DNA of 64,000 nucleotides, taken from NCBI GenBank assembly GCA_947168515.1, contig CAMVMF010000002.1, positions 62,504 through 126,503 on the forward strand, read 5' to 3'. A model generated the notes under the pieces. That model ran no database searches, was not told the DNA's origin, and saw nothing but the letters and a program-made list of their open reading frames with translations. Below are positions 21,101 to 29,560 of the stretch, piece by piece. Position 1 is the first letter of the stretch. Each line of letters begins with the position of its first letter. The DNA is from an uncultured Bacteroidales bacterium (GTDB taxonomy: Bacteria; Bacteroidota; Bacteroidia; Bacteroidales; P3). The translations under genes and the position numbers were made by a program.

Positions 21101-24100
21101 GCAATGAATCGATGGCATCGCAGGGGGTGCTGAACTGAGCAATGAGGGGGAAGTGGCTGTAGCCGTCGGCGCAGTTGGCCACGACAGCTACCGTATAGTT
21201 GGTGTTGGCCGACAGGCCGGTGAGATTAACCAAAGTGTCGGTAGCAATGAGGGTGTCGACTATGGTGCCGTAGGCGAGCGCAATGGTATAGTTGCCAGTG
21301 GTCTGAGCTCCGTTGATGTGCAACTGGGCCGAGGTGGTGGTTACGTTGCTTAAGGAGATGCTGGCAGGTCTTGCACAAGAGGGTGTCACGCGCAACTCGA
21401 CATCATCGAGGTAGAAACCGCGGTACTGGTCGGCATAGAAACGGATAGCCACAAAACGTCCAGTGTCGCTGTATTGGCTAAGGTCGGTAGTGTAGTAGTT
21501 CCAAGAGTTGTTGAAAGAAACGGTTTCGAGAACGGAGAAGGTAGCGGTGTCGGTCGGGTCGGTCATGACGCCGATTTTGACATCTGCAGTGTAGCTGCCA
21601 GCCGTTTTGGCAAAGTAGGAGAACTGCAGGTTGCTAAGGCTTTCCACTTCGGGCAGAACGAGGTATTCGATGGTCTGGTTGGTGTTGAAGTAAACCACCT
21701 TGGAAGAGGTGCCCCCCAAGCCTGTGGTGCTATAGATCTGGGGGTAGGAGGTGTAGGAGGTTCCATAGTTGTGGCGAGTCCAGCAGGGAATGTCGTTCAG
21801 TGAGGTGGCGAAGCTTTCGAAATCTTCGGTGTAAGGCAGGTCGTTGACGGTCAGGACGGCACAGGCGGTACGCGTCTGGACAGTGAGGGCGGAGGTGTAG
21901 CTGCCGTCGTAGCATTCGGTGCGTACTTCGATGGTGTAAGGACGGTTGGGCATCAAGTAGTTGAATGTCCAAGAGGTGTCTGTGGAAGAGGCGGAGTCGA
22001 CGATGGTGTCGTTGTGGAAGATTCGATAGTCGTAGGAGTTGCCTTCGTTGCCGGAGACGCTGACGGTGATGGATGTGGTGGTCACATCAGACACGGTAAT
22101 GCTGGTGGGCATTTCGCAGGAAGGCAGTGCATGAACGTCCACTTCGTCCACAAACCAGTACCAGTTGGTGGAGGCTGAGTTGTGACGCATGGCCATGCGG
22201 GAACCCGTGGGAGCATTGACAAAGGATACCAGTTTCTGTTGGTATTCATTGTTGAAATCGCTGTAGTCATAGTGCTGCACGCTGACGAAGGTGGTGGTGT
22301 CGGTTGCGGAGGTCAGGTAACCTACGTCGAAGGAACCGCTATTACTGGATGTGCCTTCGGGGCGTGTTTGGAACTGGAGTTCGAGGCCGCTGATGTCGTC
22401 GGAGAACTCAGGCAGTACGATATAGGTGCTGCGGTTGGCAACACCAGGATAGAACACCAGGCTGTAGCCGGAATCGCCATAACGGTAGTTGGAACCGCTC
22501 AGCGACATGTGGGCACCGGGGTTGCTCTTGATGAGACCCCAGCAGGGTATCATCTCGCCAACCATTTCGTTGGGATATGAGGTGAAGAGACTGGCGTAGC
22601 TGTTGAAGTCTTCGTGCCAAGGCAGGGTGCTGATAATGTCGCAGCCAGTGCGGAAGCTGACGGAGGTGGGGTCGGTCATGGTGTAGTCGTTGCAGATGGT
22701 GCGGACGCTTACGGTGTAGGCGGTGCTGGGGGTAAGGTCGGTCATTTGGTAGATGGTATCATACCATTCCACGCTGTCGGTGGCCGAAAGGTAAATCATG
22801 TAGTGATCGATGCCGTTTGCATCGTTGATGATGATATCGGCACTGGTGGTGCTGATGTTGCTGGCTACCACAGAAGAAGGACTGGTGCAGCTAGGTAGGG
22901 CACTGACGGTGATGTCATCGATGTAGCTGTAGCTTGTAGAGCCACCGGCATAGCGGATGGCGATAAGGCCGGAATATTGGTTGGCAAAGGTGGTCTGGCA
23001 ATGTTCCCAAGCCGAAGAGCTGGCAGGGGTGATTGTCTGCACTGCAACAAACGAGTTGGCGTCCATCGGGTTGCTGAGGATGCCAACCTGTACGGGCTGT
23101 CCGTAGAGCCAGAAATCGAGCATAAGGTTGTTCGGGGTCTCCTCAAAGTGAGGCAGCGAAACGATGGTGGCAGGGCTGCTGTAACTGTATATGGCCAGAC
23201 TGTTAGAGCCTGTGTGTGCCTGGCTGGTGCTGAAGTACGGGTAGCTGCTGCTGTAGCGGTCGAGGACGCTCCAGCAGGGGATGTTCATGGCGCTGCTGGT
23301 CGAAGAGTAGGAGCTGCCGGCGTAGCCTTCAAAGCCTTCGAAGAAGGGCAGGCTGTCGGTAGGAAATGCCGTGCAGGCGGTCTGGAACTGCAAGGTGAGC
23401 GTGCTGGTGCTGCCACCGTCGCTGCAGTTGGCCGTCATGCTGACAGTGTAGAGCGTGTTGGGCGTCAGCGAGTAGAAGGGAACCACGGTGCTGAAGGCCT
23501 CGATGCTGTCCACCATGGCAGAGTCGTTGTAGACTTTCACGGTGTAGCTGATGGCATCGCCTATGGTGTCTATGATGTGCAACTCGGCTTCTTGGTCGGT
23601 GATGTTCTGCATGACAATGTCGGTAGGACGGGCACAAGAGGGAGTGGTGAGCACGGTGATGTCGTCGATGTAGGCAGTGCCGTAGCTCGAACCGTTGTAA
23701 CGGAAAGCGATATAGCCGGAGGTGATACCGTCGAATGTCACATCGTACATGTTCCAACTGTTGGTTGTGACGGGGGCGCAGTTCTGCACAGCCACAAAGG
23801 TGTTGGGGTCGTTAGGATTGCTCATGACACCCACCTGCATGGGCTGTCCGTAGAGCCAGAAATTGAGCATGAGGCTGCTGGGGCTGTCCTCGAAGAGGGG
23901 CAGGGCCACAACGGTGGGGGTAGTGTTGGAGGTATAGATGGCCATACTGTTGTTGCCGCTGTGGTGCTGAGAGGTGGAGAAGTAGGGGTAGTTTTGGCTG
24001 TAGCGGTTGGTAACAGCCCAGCAGGAGAGGTTCATGGCCGTGCTCGAAGATGCGGAGGATCCGGCATTGTAGGATTCAAACCCCTCAACGAAAGGCAGGC

Positions 24101-25736
24101 TGCTGTTGGCAATGGCCACGCAGGCTGTGCGGAACTGCACTGTCAGGGGATTGTAGGCACTGCCGTCGCTGCAGTTGGCCGCCATGCTGACGGTGTAGTC
24201 CGTGTTGGGTGTGAGGGAGGTGAACGTCACCACAGTGTCCTGTACTTCCATGCTGTCAACCAGCAGGGTGTCGTTGTACAGTTTTACGGTGTAGTTGGCA
24301 GCAGTACCAACGGTGTCGAAGATAAACAGCTCGGCCTGGTCGGAACCGATGTTGCGCATGGTGATGTACGAAGGTCTGCCGCAGGAGGGAGACTCAAACA
24401 CGCTGATGTCGTCAACGCGTATGTTGCCATAGTTGCCGTAGTAGCGGATGACCATACGGCCCGAGGCATTGGGACTCATCGGGGTTTCAAAAAGCTCCCA
24501 GTTGCCTGTGGCTCTGGGCACGAGCGTGGACACCTCGGTGTAGGTGCTGGTGTCGGTGGCATCGGTCATGTAGCCTACACCCAGATAGGTGTTGCTGTTG
24601 TCCGTCGTCATCCACAGTCCTAAAGAGAGGCTGGATAGGGTCTCGGTAAAAGTGGGCAGGATGATGAAGGTGGGATAGGAGGTGGTGTGGCCATAGATGC
24701 GCAGGGCATTGCCAGAGGCATCGCTGTCGTGGTTCCAAGAGTTCTGGAGGAAGGTATAGTCGTTGTAGTTGCCTATCACATCCCAGCAGGGCAGGTTGGT
24801 GATAGAGGAAGTGTTGCTGGAAGCAGAGGTGCCCGTGTAGGAGTTGAAGTTCTCGTTCCAAGGCAGTGCACTAATGGAACCACAGGCGGTACGGAACGAA
24901 ACTGTGCTGGAGTTGGAGGTGTCGTCGATGCCGCAGATGGCACGCACACGGACGGTATAGGCCGTGTTGGCGTTCAGATTGGTGAAAACATAGGTGGAGT
25001 CGTATACCTCGTTGACAAAAGAACCATTGAGATACAGGGCCCAGCTGCTCTCTCCGTTGCGGGAGTTCCAGCTGATGGTGGCATCGCTAGGGGTGATGTT
25101 GGAGGCCGTAAGGTTGGAGGGAGTGAGGCAGATGTCGCTGCTAGAAGTATAGGTGAAAGTCACCTTGGGAAGGAAGGCCTGAGTATAGCTGGGACCTGTG
25201 GCGGAGCTAGTAGAGGTGCCGTAAATATTGCCAGCAGCAGCATGGCTTTGGATAGCACCGTAGAAATGGCTATAGGGACAGCCCGAACCGGCTGCCGTAT
25301 TCATGACGCTGATAAGGAGGTTGCCTCCACTGTAGGTGTAGGGGTCGGTCAATGAGATTTCCCAGCGTCCGTTCACCACGGAACAGGTGCCAGTCCAAGC
25401 AGCCTGGGTGGAGGCCGGCATCTTCCATGGCATGGAAGAATCAAAAGTGGTGTCGCTTACTTCGGCAATCCTCAGTTCCAGGTTGGAAGTCCAGCTTTCG
25501 TCATCGTCGGCGTAGAAGGTCAGACCGGTAATGGTGCTACCAGCCATCGCATTCAGTAACCGTGCCGGATAAATAAACTCGTTCCGGAACCGAGAATCGT
25601 TGTAGAAGCCGTGTATAGGTATGTATGAGTTGGTCGAAGTGCCATTACATACCTGTAACGAGTCTTGGGCGCTCAAGGTCATTGGTAGCAACAATGACAA
25701 GAGCAGGGTTGCAAAAATTACTTTTCTTTTAATCAT
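18111..25736 (-). CDS. Giant T9SS-secreted surface protein: N-terminal domain, 8 x (FN3-like + MAM/choice-of-anchor-J-like) units, 3 InlB-B-type repeats and a type-A T9SS C-terminal sorting domain
   Basis: Signal peptide ending LSAQ. A unit is repeated 8 times: P.C..P...V.N.T...A......Y........L.PNT.YTV.V.A.C.DG...FRTAC...LPW.E.FE ... IDD. The B-repeats read DGYHFVGWSDG...NPYTF. The CTD reads FTLFPNPASNVVNLSG...GTYFVRVTGKQGTAVRKLIVK. Confidence 0.85.
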   Translation of the reverse strand: MIKRKVIFATLLLSLLLPMTLSAQDSLQVCNGTSTNSYIPIHGFYNDSRFRNEFIYPARLLNAMAGSTITGLTFYADDDESWTSNLELRIAEVSDTTFDSSMPWKMPASTQAAWTGTCSVVNGRWEISLTDPYTYSGGNLLISVMNTAAGSGCPYSHFYGAIQSHAAAGNIYGTSTSSATGPSYTQAFLPKVTFTYTSSSDICLTPSNLTASNITPSDATISWNSRNGESSWALYLNGSFVNEVYDSTYVFTNLNANTAYTVRVRAICGIDDTSNSSTVSFRTACGSISALPWNENFNSYTGTSASSNTSSITNLPCWDVIGNYNDYTFLQNSWNHDSDASGNALRIYGHTTSYPTFIILPTFTETLSSLSLGLWMTTDNSNTYLGVGYMTDATDTSTYTEVSTLVPRATGNWELFETPMSPNASGRMVIRYYGNYGNIRVDDISVFESPSCGRPSYITMRNIGSDQAELFIFDTVGTAANYTVKLYNDTLLVDSMEVQDTVVTFTSLTPNTDYTVSMAANCSDGSAYNPLTVQFRTACVAIANSSLPFVEGFESYNAGSSASSSTAMNLSCWAVTNRYSQNYPYFSTSQHHSGNNSMAIYTSNTTPTVVALPLFEDSPSSLMLNFWLYGQPMQVGVMSNPNDPNTFVAVQNCAPVTTNSWNMYDVTFDGITSGYIAFRYNGSSYGTAYIDDITVLTTPSCARPTDIVMQNITDQEAELHIIDTIGDAISYTVKVYNDSAMVDSIEAFSTVVPFYSLTPNTLYTVSMTANCSDGGSTSTLTLQFQTACTAFPTDSLPFFEGFEGYAGSSYSSTSSAMNIPCWSVLDRYSSSYPYFSTSQAHTGSNSLAIYSYSSPATIVSLPHFEETPNNLMLDFWLYGQPVQVGILSNPMDANSFVAVQTITPASSSAWEHCQTTFANQYSGLIAIRYAGGSTSYSYIDDITVSALPSCTSPSSVVASNISTTSADIIINDANGIDHYMIYLSATDSVEWYDTIYQMTDLTPSTAYTVSVRTICNDYTMTDPTSVSFRTGCDIISTLPWHEDFNSYASLFTSYPNEMVGEMIPCWGLIKSNPGAHMSLSGSNYRYGDSGYSLVFYPGVANRSTYIVLPEFSDDISGLELQFQTRPEGTSSNSGSFDVGYLTSATDTTTFVSVQHYDYSDFNNEYQQKLVSFVNAPTGSRMAMRHNSASTNWYWFVDEVDVHALPSCEMPTSITVSDVTTTSITVSVSGNEGNSYDYRIFHNDTIVDSASSTDTSWTFNYLMPNRPYTIEVRTECYDGSYTSALTVQTRTACAVLTVNDLPYTEDFESFATSLNDIPCWTRHNYGTSYTSYPQIYSTTGLGGTSSKVVYFNTNQTIEYLVLPEVESLSNLQFSYFAKTAGSYTADVKIGVMTDPTDTATFSVLETVSFNNSWNYYTTDLSQYSDTGRFVAIRFYADQYRGFYLDDVELRVTPSCARPASISLSNVTTTSAQLHINGAQTTGNYTIALAYGTIVDTLIATDTLVNLTGLSANTNYTVAVVANCADGYSHFPLIAQFSTPCDAIDSLPWNEGFENMATDLTNNLPCWSYIANSNSNSKVIVVSTSSRVHSGSKALRFNGNCQTPNFSVLPYFQDSIQSLRLSMWIVAENGTNPGLLRVGYLTNPTDSSSFVQTASFNCADYTTYQQVEAYFAGAPAGSRIAISQLNNANYWWWVDDLEVDYAPVCSSPVIAVSNITDTSATVTLTDANNTNHYRLFTSPTDSIEVTGNTITLTGLTYNTTYALTAVTICSGNEVSNSSSATFTTACSLITTAMLPWSEGFEGYTGSTYSSATSAFNDPCWTILNRYSNNYPYINTNASYPNSGSQCLTFYSSSSAATILALPPFADSLANLLFTFSMMKTSSSAAGVEVGYLTDPSNASSFVSLQSCTNTSSSTYQTFETRFPNNATGLIALRYNGSYTSLYLDDFSVIIAPNCHRPGAVTVSNITAYSADITITDTTYNNNYRIIVNGTDTTDITSQTLSLTGLTPATNYTVSVSSLCPDGNVTAPINVAFQTLCASITTLPWTEDFSSIPAGTSNIYTNGYLPCWDMFRGRYIDSTNTVNSEPVTSDIFTLNSNAMGSTHLRCNIYGNNNYRWLATPSFTLSTPAEFSFRYALTKYNNADPIDSIGSDDRFMVLVTANGGTTWTPLYTFGHGADADVQIDSVSNIPDSVAIDLTSYMGQTIRIAFYGESVLSNTDNDFHIDDLRLISTGLPPTYYDVTLLSSDSTMGSVSPAGVTSIVENSSFTATATANDGYHFVGWSDGITQVSTDNPYTFIVNNDITLTAVFEQDIVYYTVNISSSDNNLGHPSPSGDTLVAEGQSITVSASTHGIARFDGWYIGEERVSTDNPYTFQVNSDMAIVANFVQCYTLQLDYNPFQGQATGNGIYDAGSEVTITATPEAGYLFNGWLFSGSTDTIFTNPYTFTINENTEIEVLFKQQPVGIDDVVTADFTLFPNPASNVVNLSGIENGATVTILDINGRQTFHTTANNDNVTIDLQGYAQGTYFVRVTGKQGTAVRKLIVK
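19040..25130 (-). repeat. Intragenic tandem array of eight ~250-aa (~750-nt) coding repeat units
   Basis: Unit starts are seen at approximately aa 203, 452, 706, 955, 1215, 1466, 1722 and 1975. Units 2 and 3 (about nt 22870-24375) are the most similar pair. Boundaries are approximate. Confidence 0.75.
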
Positions 25737-26034
25737 TTAGTTTTGTTATTAGTTAGTAAATTAATCTTCTTCGTTAGTTAGTTTCTTAATAATCACATAC
25801 TTTTGTTTGTCCTTGCCATCACCGCTGGGGTCATTCCATCGGAGTTTTTGTCTGAAGATGGAGTCCGTTTAACCGCTGAAGTGGGTGGCGGATGATAATC
25901 TTATTTGCGAATCCAGCCTTCATATTGTTCACAAAGGTGATTAAACGTATCCTCTGAAAAAATATTGTATTCTTTGAAAAAAAAACACACTTGTGGATCC
26001 AACATCGAATGGAAGCAATGTTGTCTAGCCATGA

Positions 26035-26220
26035 CATAATATCTTTTTTGGTTATCCGCAAATAACCGAGAAGACGAAGTCGCGTCTCTTCGAGACGCCT
26101 CTATGGGGTTGTATCCCATCCCCACACTGCGAAAATCGGAGATTTTCTTGTATGGGGTTATTAAGATTAAGCCTCTCCGAGGCTTCTTCGGTGCAATGCG
26201 GATAGTCATAATATCTTTTT
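26035..26220 (-). mobile_element. MITE-like hairpin-rich element, copy A (element 26053-26204), flanked by a perfect 14-bp direct repeat
   Basis: Termini are tatccgc (26053-26059) and tgcggata (26197-26204). cataatatcttttt occurs at 26035-26048 and again at 26207-26220. The element is highly similar, in inverted orientation, to 58028-58178. Confidence 0.55.
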
Positions 26221-26364
26221 CCTTTGTTTTTTGAAGTCGATTTGCATCGGTTGATGTGTCATTTTTCAAATGCATTATATTTTTATTGTTACATTATCTT
26301 TGCTTTGTTTGTGCTAGCTGTTGTTCTCATATTATTGTAACGTTTCAAAAGCAAGAATAACTAC

Positions 26365-26455
26365 AACGGAGTTCTTTTTTTTTTTACCATAGTCCCTACT
26401 CGTAAAACAGACTAAACGGAGTTCCTTTTCCTCATAGTCCCAACTCGTAGAAATT
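26365..26455. repeat. Two tandem ~49-bp direct repeats in the divergent intergenic region; the first copy carries a T11 tract
   Basis: aacggagttc-T11-accatagtccctactcgtaaaa is followed by aacggagttccttttcctcatagtcccaactcgtagaaa. Coordinates are approximate. Confidence 0.6.
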
Positions 26456-26812
26456 TTCCTCTCGTTGAGCTGCCCGATGTCCTACACCAAACCACCCTTT
26501 CCCATCTCGCCCCATCCAATCCCTCGCCTAAGCCGTCAATGCCTCCTAGCGATAGCCACGTTGCGTTGCGGTGGCGAAATGTGCTCTTAAAAGGGTCTTT
26601 CCCAGAGGCAAATTTTGAAGCAAAAAGACCTTATTTTTTGTTTTTTGAGAGCAAAAATGGGGGAAAAAACCGATTCTTTGTATGCGTTGTTAAAAACTAA
26701 ATTATTTGAAAATCAAGCTTATGTATTTTTTTTTTAGAAGAATCGTGTTTATTTGATAAAAAAAGCGTAATATTGCCAATCAATTTTAGGCTCATTATAT
26801 ACTAAAATTTGC

Positions 26813-27820
26813 ATGATGAAAAAGTACAATAAAATAACTCTGCTTCTGTTGCTTCTGGTGCTGGGCATGCAGGGAGTAAAAGCACAAGACGTTGGATTCT
26901 CGCAGTTCTATGCCAATCCGCTGTACCTCAACCCTGCCTTTGCTGGTTCTAAGGTAGCACCGCGAATCTCTTTAACCTATCGCGCCCAGTGGCCTGGGCT
27001 CGTCAGTGCTTTTACTACTGTTAGTGGCTCTTACGACCAGTATATACCTGATTTGCATGGTGGTATTGGCGCCATCATTATGTCTGACCGCCAGGGCGAC
27101 CATGGCATTTTGGGGACCACCTCGTTGGGTGCCGTGTATTCATTCCGTTTCAAAATCTATGACGACATTTTTGTCAATCTGGCTTTGCAGGCTTCTATCG
27201 TCAATACCAATCTCTCGTGGGATTTGAACAATCTGCGTTTTGGTGATCAGATTGATGCCAACAATGGTTTCGTCAATCAAACTTCTGCCACGGCTCCCGA
27301 CCAGACCAGTATTTTCTATCCCGACTTTGCCGCCGGTGGTATGGTCTACGGCCCTGCATGGTATTTTGGTGTGGCTGCCCACCACCTCAACCAACCTAGT
27401 CAGGGTTTCTATAGTGAAGACCCTGTCCCCATCAAGTTGTCTGCCAATGCAGGTGGTTTGATCAATATTTCTGAGGAGAGACGTCGCCAGTCCTCCCTTG
27501 GCCTCGGCCAGCCTGTTATCTCTCCCAACTTTATCTATCAGTATCAGGGTGGTTTCCATTACTTCAACTATGGACTGTATCTCGACTGGATGCCCTTCCT
27601 CGTGGGAGTGTGGTATCGCAATGGTATAGAGAACTCGGATGCTTTCATCTTTATGGTGGGTGTGCAGCAGGACCACTTCAAGGTGGGCTACAGCTATGAT
27701 GCCACCGTTTCGCAGTTGGCCAACAGCACGGCCGGCTCTCACGAAATCACCATCGGCATCCTGCTCCCCGCTCCTGAGCAGAAGCATAAGATTAAGGCCA
27801 TCCGCTGCCCGTCATTCTAA
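26813..27820 (+). CDS. PorP/SprF family T9SS membrane protein
   Basis: Signal peptide followed by QDVGFSQFYANPLYLNPAFAG, the family N-terminal signature. 335-aa beta-barrel-like protein. Confidence 0.85.
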   Translation: MMKKYNKITLLLLLLVLGMQGVKAQDVGFSQFYANPLYLNPAFAGSKVAPRISLTYRAQWPGLVSAFTTVSGSYDQYIPDLHGGIGAIIMSDRQGDHGILGTTSLGAVYSFRFKIYDDIFVNLALQASIVNTNLSWDLNNLRFGDQIDANNGFVNQTSATAPDQTSIFYPDFAAGGMVYGPAWYFGVAAHHLNQPSQGFYSEDPVPIKLSANAGGLINISEERRRQSSLGLGQPVISPNFIYQYQGGFHYFNYGLYLDWMPFLVGVWYRNGIENSDAFIFMVGVQQDHFKVGYSYDATVSQLANSTAGSHEITIGILLPAPEQKHKIKAIRCPSF

Positions 27821-27904
27821 ATGTTAGGATGATAAATAATCTTAAAAACGAAACAAATTATCGATAATAACGTATAAGAAAAATAGAAAAAAATTTAATC
27901 TACT

Positions 27905-29467
27905 ATGAAGATTTTGAAATTCTCATTCCTTATGCTGGCATCTGCGCTGCTGCTTACTGCTTGTGGCGGTAGCAAAGATCAGTCTGAAACCACCGGTTGG
28001 AATCTGAATGATACCGAGTGGGGCGGTTTTGACCGTTCTTCCTATTCAGAACAGATCACCGGTCCCGGCCTCGTATTCATTGAAGGCGGTTCTTTCCAGA
28101 TGGGGCGTGTGGCTGACGAGTCACGCTTCTCTTGGAACAACCTCGTCCACACCGTTACCGTGTCTTCTTTCTATATGGACGAGACCGAGGTCTCCAATAT
28201 TTCCTATCGTGAGTTTGTCTATTGGATGAACCGCGCTTACGGCGAGGAGTATCCCGAACTGGTTAAAGATATCTATCCCGATACTACTGTTTGGCGTTCT
28301 CGCCTTTCGTGGGTTGAAAACTTCGTGGAGAACTACTTCCAGTGCGCTATGTTCAACGACTATCCCGTTGTGGGCGTTACTTGGGAGCAGGCTTCCAAGT
28401 ATTGCAAATGGCGTACCGACCGCGTCAACGAGAAAATCCTTGTCGATGCTGGTATCATCGAACTGGCTCAGAGCGAGCTGACGGGTGCCGACGCTTTCCA
28501 GACCGATGTCTATCTGGCCGGTCTGTATAAGGGCGAAGGTGCTGGTGTGCCTGACCTCAATCCTGCCAGCGGTGGTGAGAGCCGTAACGTACGTCGTTCC
28601 GATGGTATCCTCCTGCCCAACTATCGTCTCCCGACCGAGGCTGAATGGGAGTTTGCCGCTCTCGGTATGATTGGCAACACCTACGACGAGCGTATTGTTG
28701 AGCACAAGACCTATCCTTGGGCTGGTCAGAGTGTCCGTTCCGCCAACAAGAAGTACTATGGTCAGTTCTTAGCCAACTTCAAACGTTCCCGTGGCGACGC
28801 TATGGGTGTGGCCGGCAACTTGAATGACGGTTGGGAGTATACCGCTCCTGTCAGATGGTACTTCCCCAATGACTACGGTCTGTATCACATGGCCGGTAAT
28901 GTGGCTGAATGGTGTGGCGATGTCTATCGTAAGGATGCTAATCCCATTGGAGCCGATGACCAGAACCCCTTCCGTGGTAATGTCTATCAGTATGTTGCCA
29001 TGAGTGAAGACGGTGAGGAAGCCGCTATCGACGAGGCAACCGGCAGTCTGATCTATCAGAATGTCCCCGATGACATGAACCGCCGTAACTATCGTCAGGC
29101 TGACAATATCAACTATCTTGATGGTGACTGGAACTCCAGCATCTATGACTTCGAAAGCAAGGAGCCTACCTCCGCTTCCGGCTGGTTGCGCGAATACGAC
29201 GAGGAGGAGGACTCCGATGAAGAGTACACCCGTTCCAATGACGAACAGACCAACCAGATGTACCACCGTTCCGACAGCCTCGACCGTAAGAACATCACCT
29301 CTATGATCAACAACCGCGTCCGCGTGGTCAAGGGTGGTAGCTGGCGCGACCGTGCTTACTGGATGCAGAGCGGCACCCGTCGCTACTACGACCAGGACCG
29401 CAGCACTGCATGGATTGGTTTCCGTTGTGCTATGGACCGCATGGGTTCTCGTACCGGTGCTAAGTAA
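27905..29467 (+). CDS. GldJ/PorK-family lipoprotein (SUMF1/formylglycine-generating-enzyme fold)
   Basis: Lipobox LLLTAC. FGE-fold motifs are present: PVVGVTWEQASKYCKWR, RLPTEAEWEFAA, YHMAGNVAEWC and VVKGGSWRD. The N-terminal TGWNLNDTEWGGF resembles GldJ. No porL/M/N genes follow. Confidence 0.75.
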   Translation: MKILKFSFLMLASALLLTACGGSKDQSETTGWNLNDTEWGGFDRSSYSEQITGPGLVFIEGGSFQMGRVADESRFSWNNLVHTVTVSSFYMDETEVSNISYREFVYWMNRAYGEEYPELVKDIYPDTTVWRSRLSWVENFVENYFQCAMFNDYPVVGVTWEQASKYCKWRTDRVNEKILVDAGIIELAQSELTGADAFQTDVYLAGLYKGEGAGVPDLNPASGGESRNVRRSDGILLPNYRLPTEAEWEFAALGMIGNTYDERIVEHKTYPWAGQSVRSANKKYYGQFLANFKRSRGDAMGVAGNLNDGWEYTAPVRWYFPNDYGLYHMAGNVAEWCGDVYRKDANPIGADDQNPFRGNVYQYVAMSEDGEEAAIDEATGSLIYQNVPDDMNRRNYRQADNINYLDGDWNSSIYDFESKEPTSASGWLREYDEEEDSDEEYTRSNDEQTNQMYHRSDSLDRKNITSMINNRVRVVKGGSWRDRAYWMQSGTRRYYDQDRSTAWIGFRCAMDRMGSRTGAK

Positions 29468-29490
29468 ACAGTTAAACATAAATAAATAAG

Positions 29491-29529
29491 GAATGTGGTC
29501 TATATCAGATAGGCCACATTCTTTTTTTT
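29491..29529 (+). terminator. Rho-independent terminator after the GldJ/PorK-family gene
   Basis: gaatgtggtcta / taggccacattc forms a 12-bp stem (one G-U pair) with a 7-nt loop, followed by T8. Confidence 0.8.
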
Positions 29530-29560
29530 GTGACCAATCCCTTATTGCTGACCGATGGGT

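Noticed and set aside
18199-25355. Many plus-strand ORFs inside the 2541-aa gene, for example 22977..24623 (548 aa), 19437..20408 (323 aa) and 24687..25355 (222 aa).
   Set aside because: They are antisense to a strongly supported modular CDS. Their G/V/A/R-rich composition is what the complement of Thr/Ser/Asn/Tyr-rich repeat codons produces. No motifs, promoters or start contexts are present.
26052-26060. The element terminus TTATCCGCA resembles a DnaA box (TTATCCACA).
   Set aside because: There is one mismatch at a conserved position. Only the isolated termini match. There is no AT-rich unwinding element or dnaA/dnaN context, and the second copy's termini fit worse.
25901-26275. A 124-aa minus-strand ORF in the cargo/porP intergenic region; a similar ORF, 57806..58183, covers the second element copy.
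   Set aside because: Both ORFs are read-throughs of the hairpin-rich repeat element. The shared peptide (IRIAPKKPRRGL...) is just the translated repeat, and the flanking parts are unrelated.
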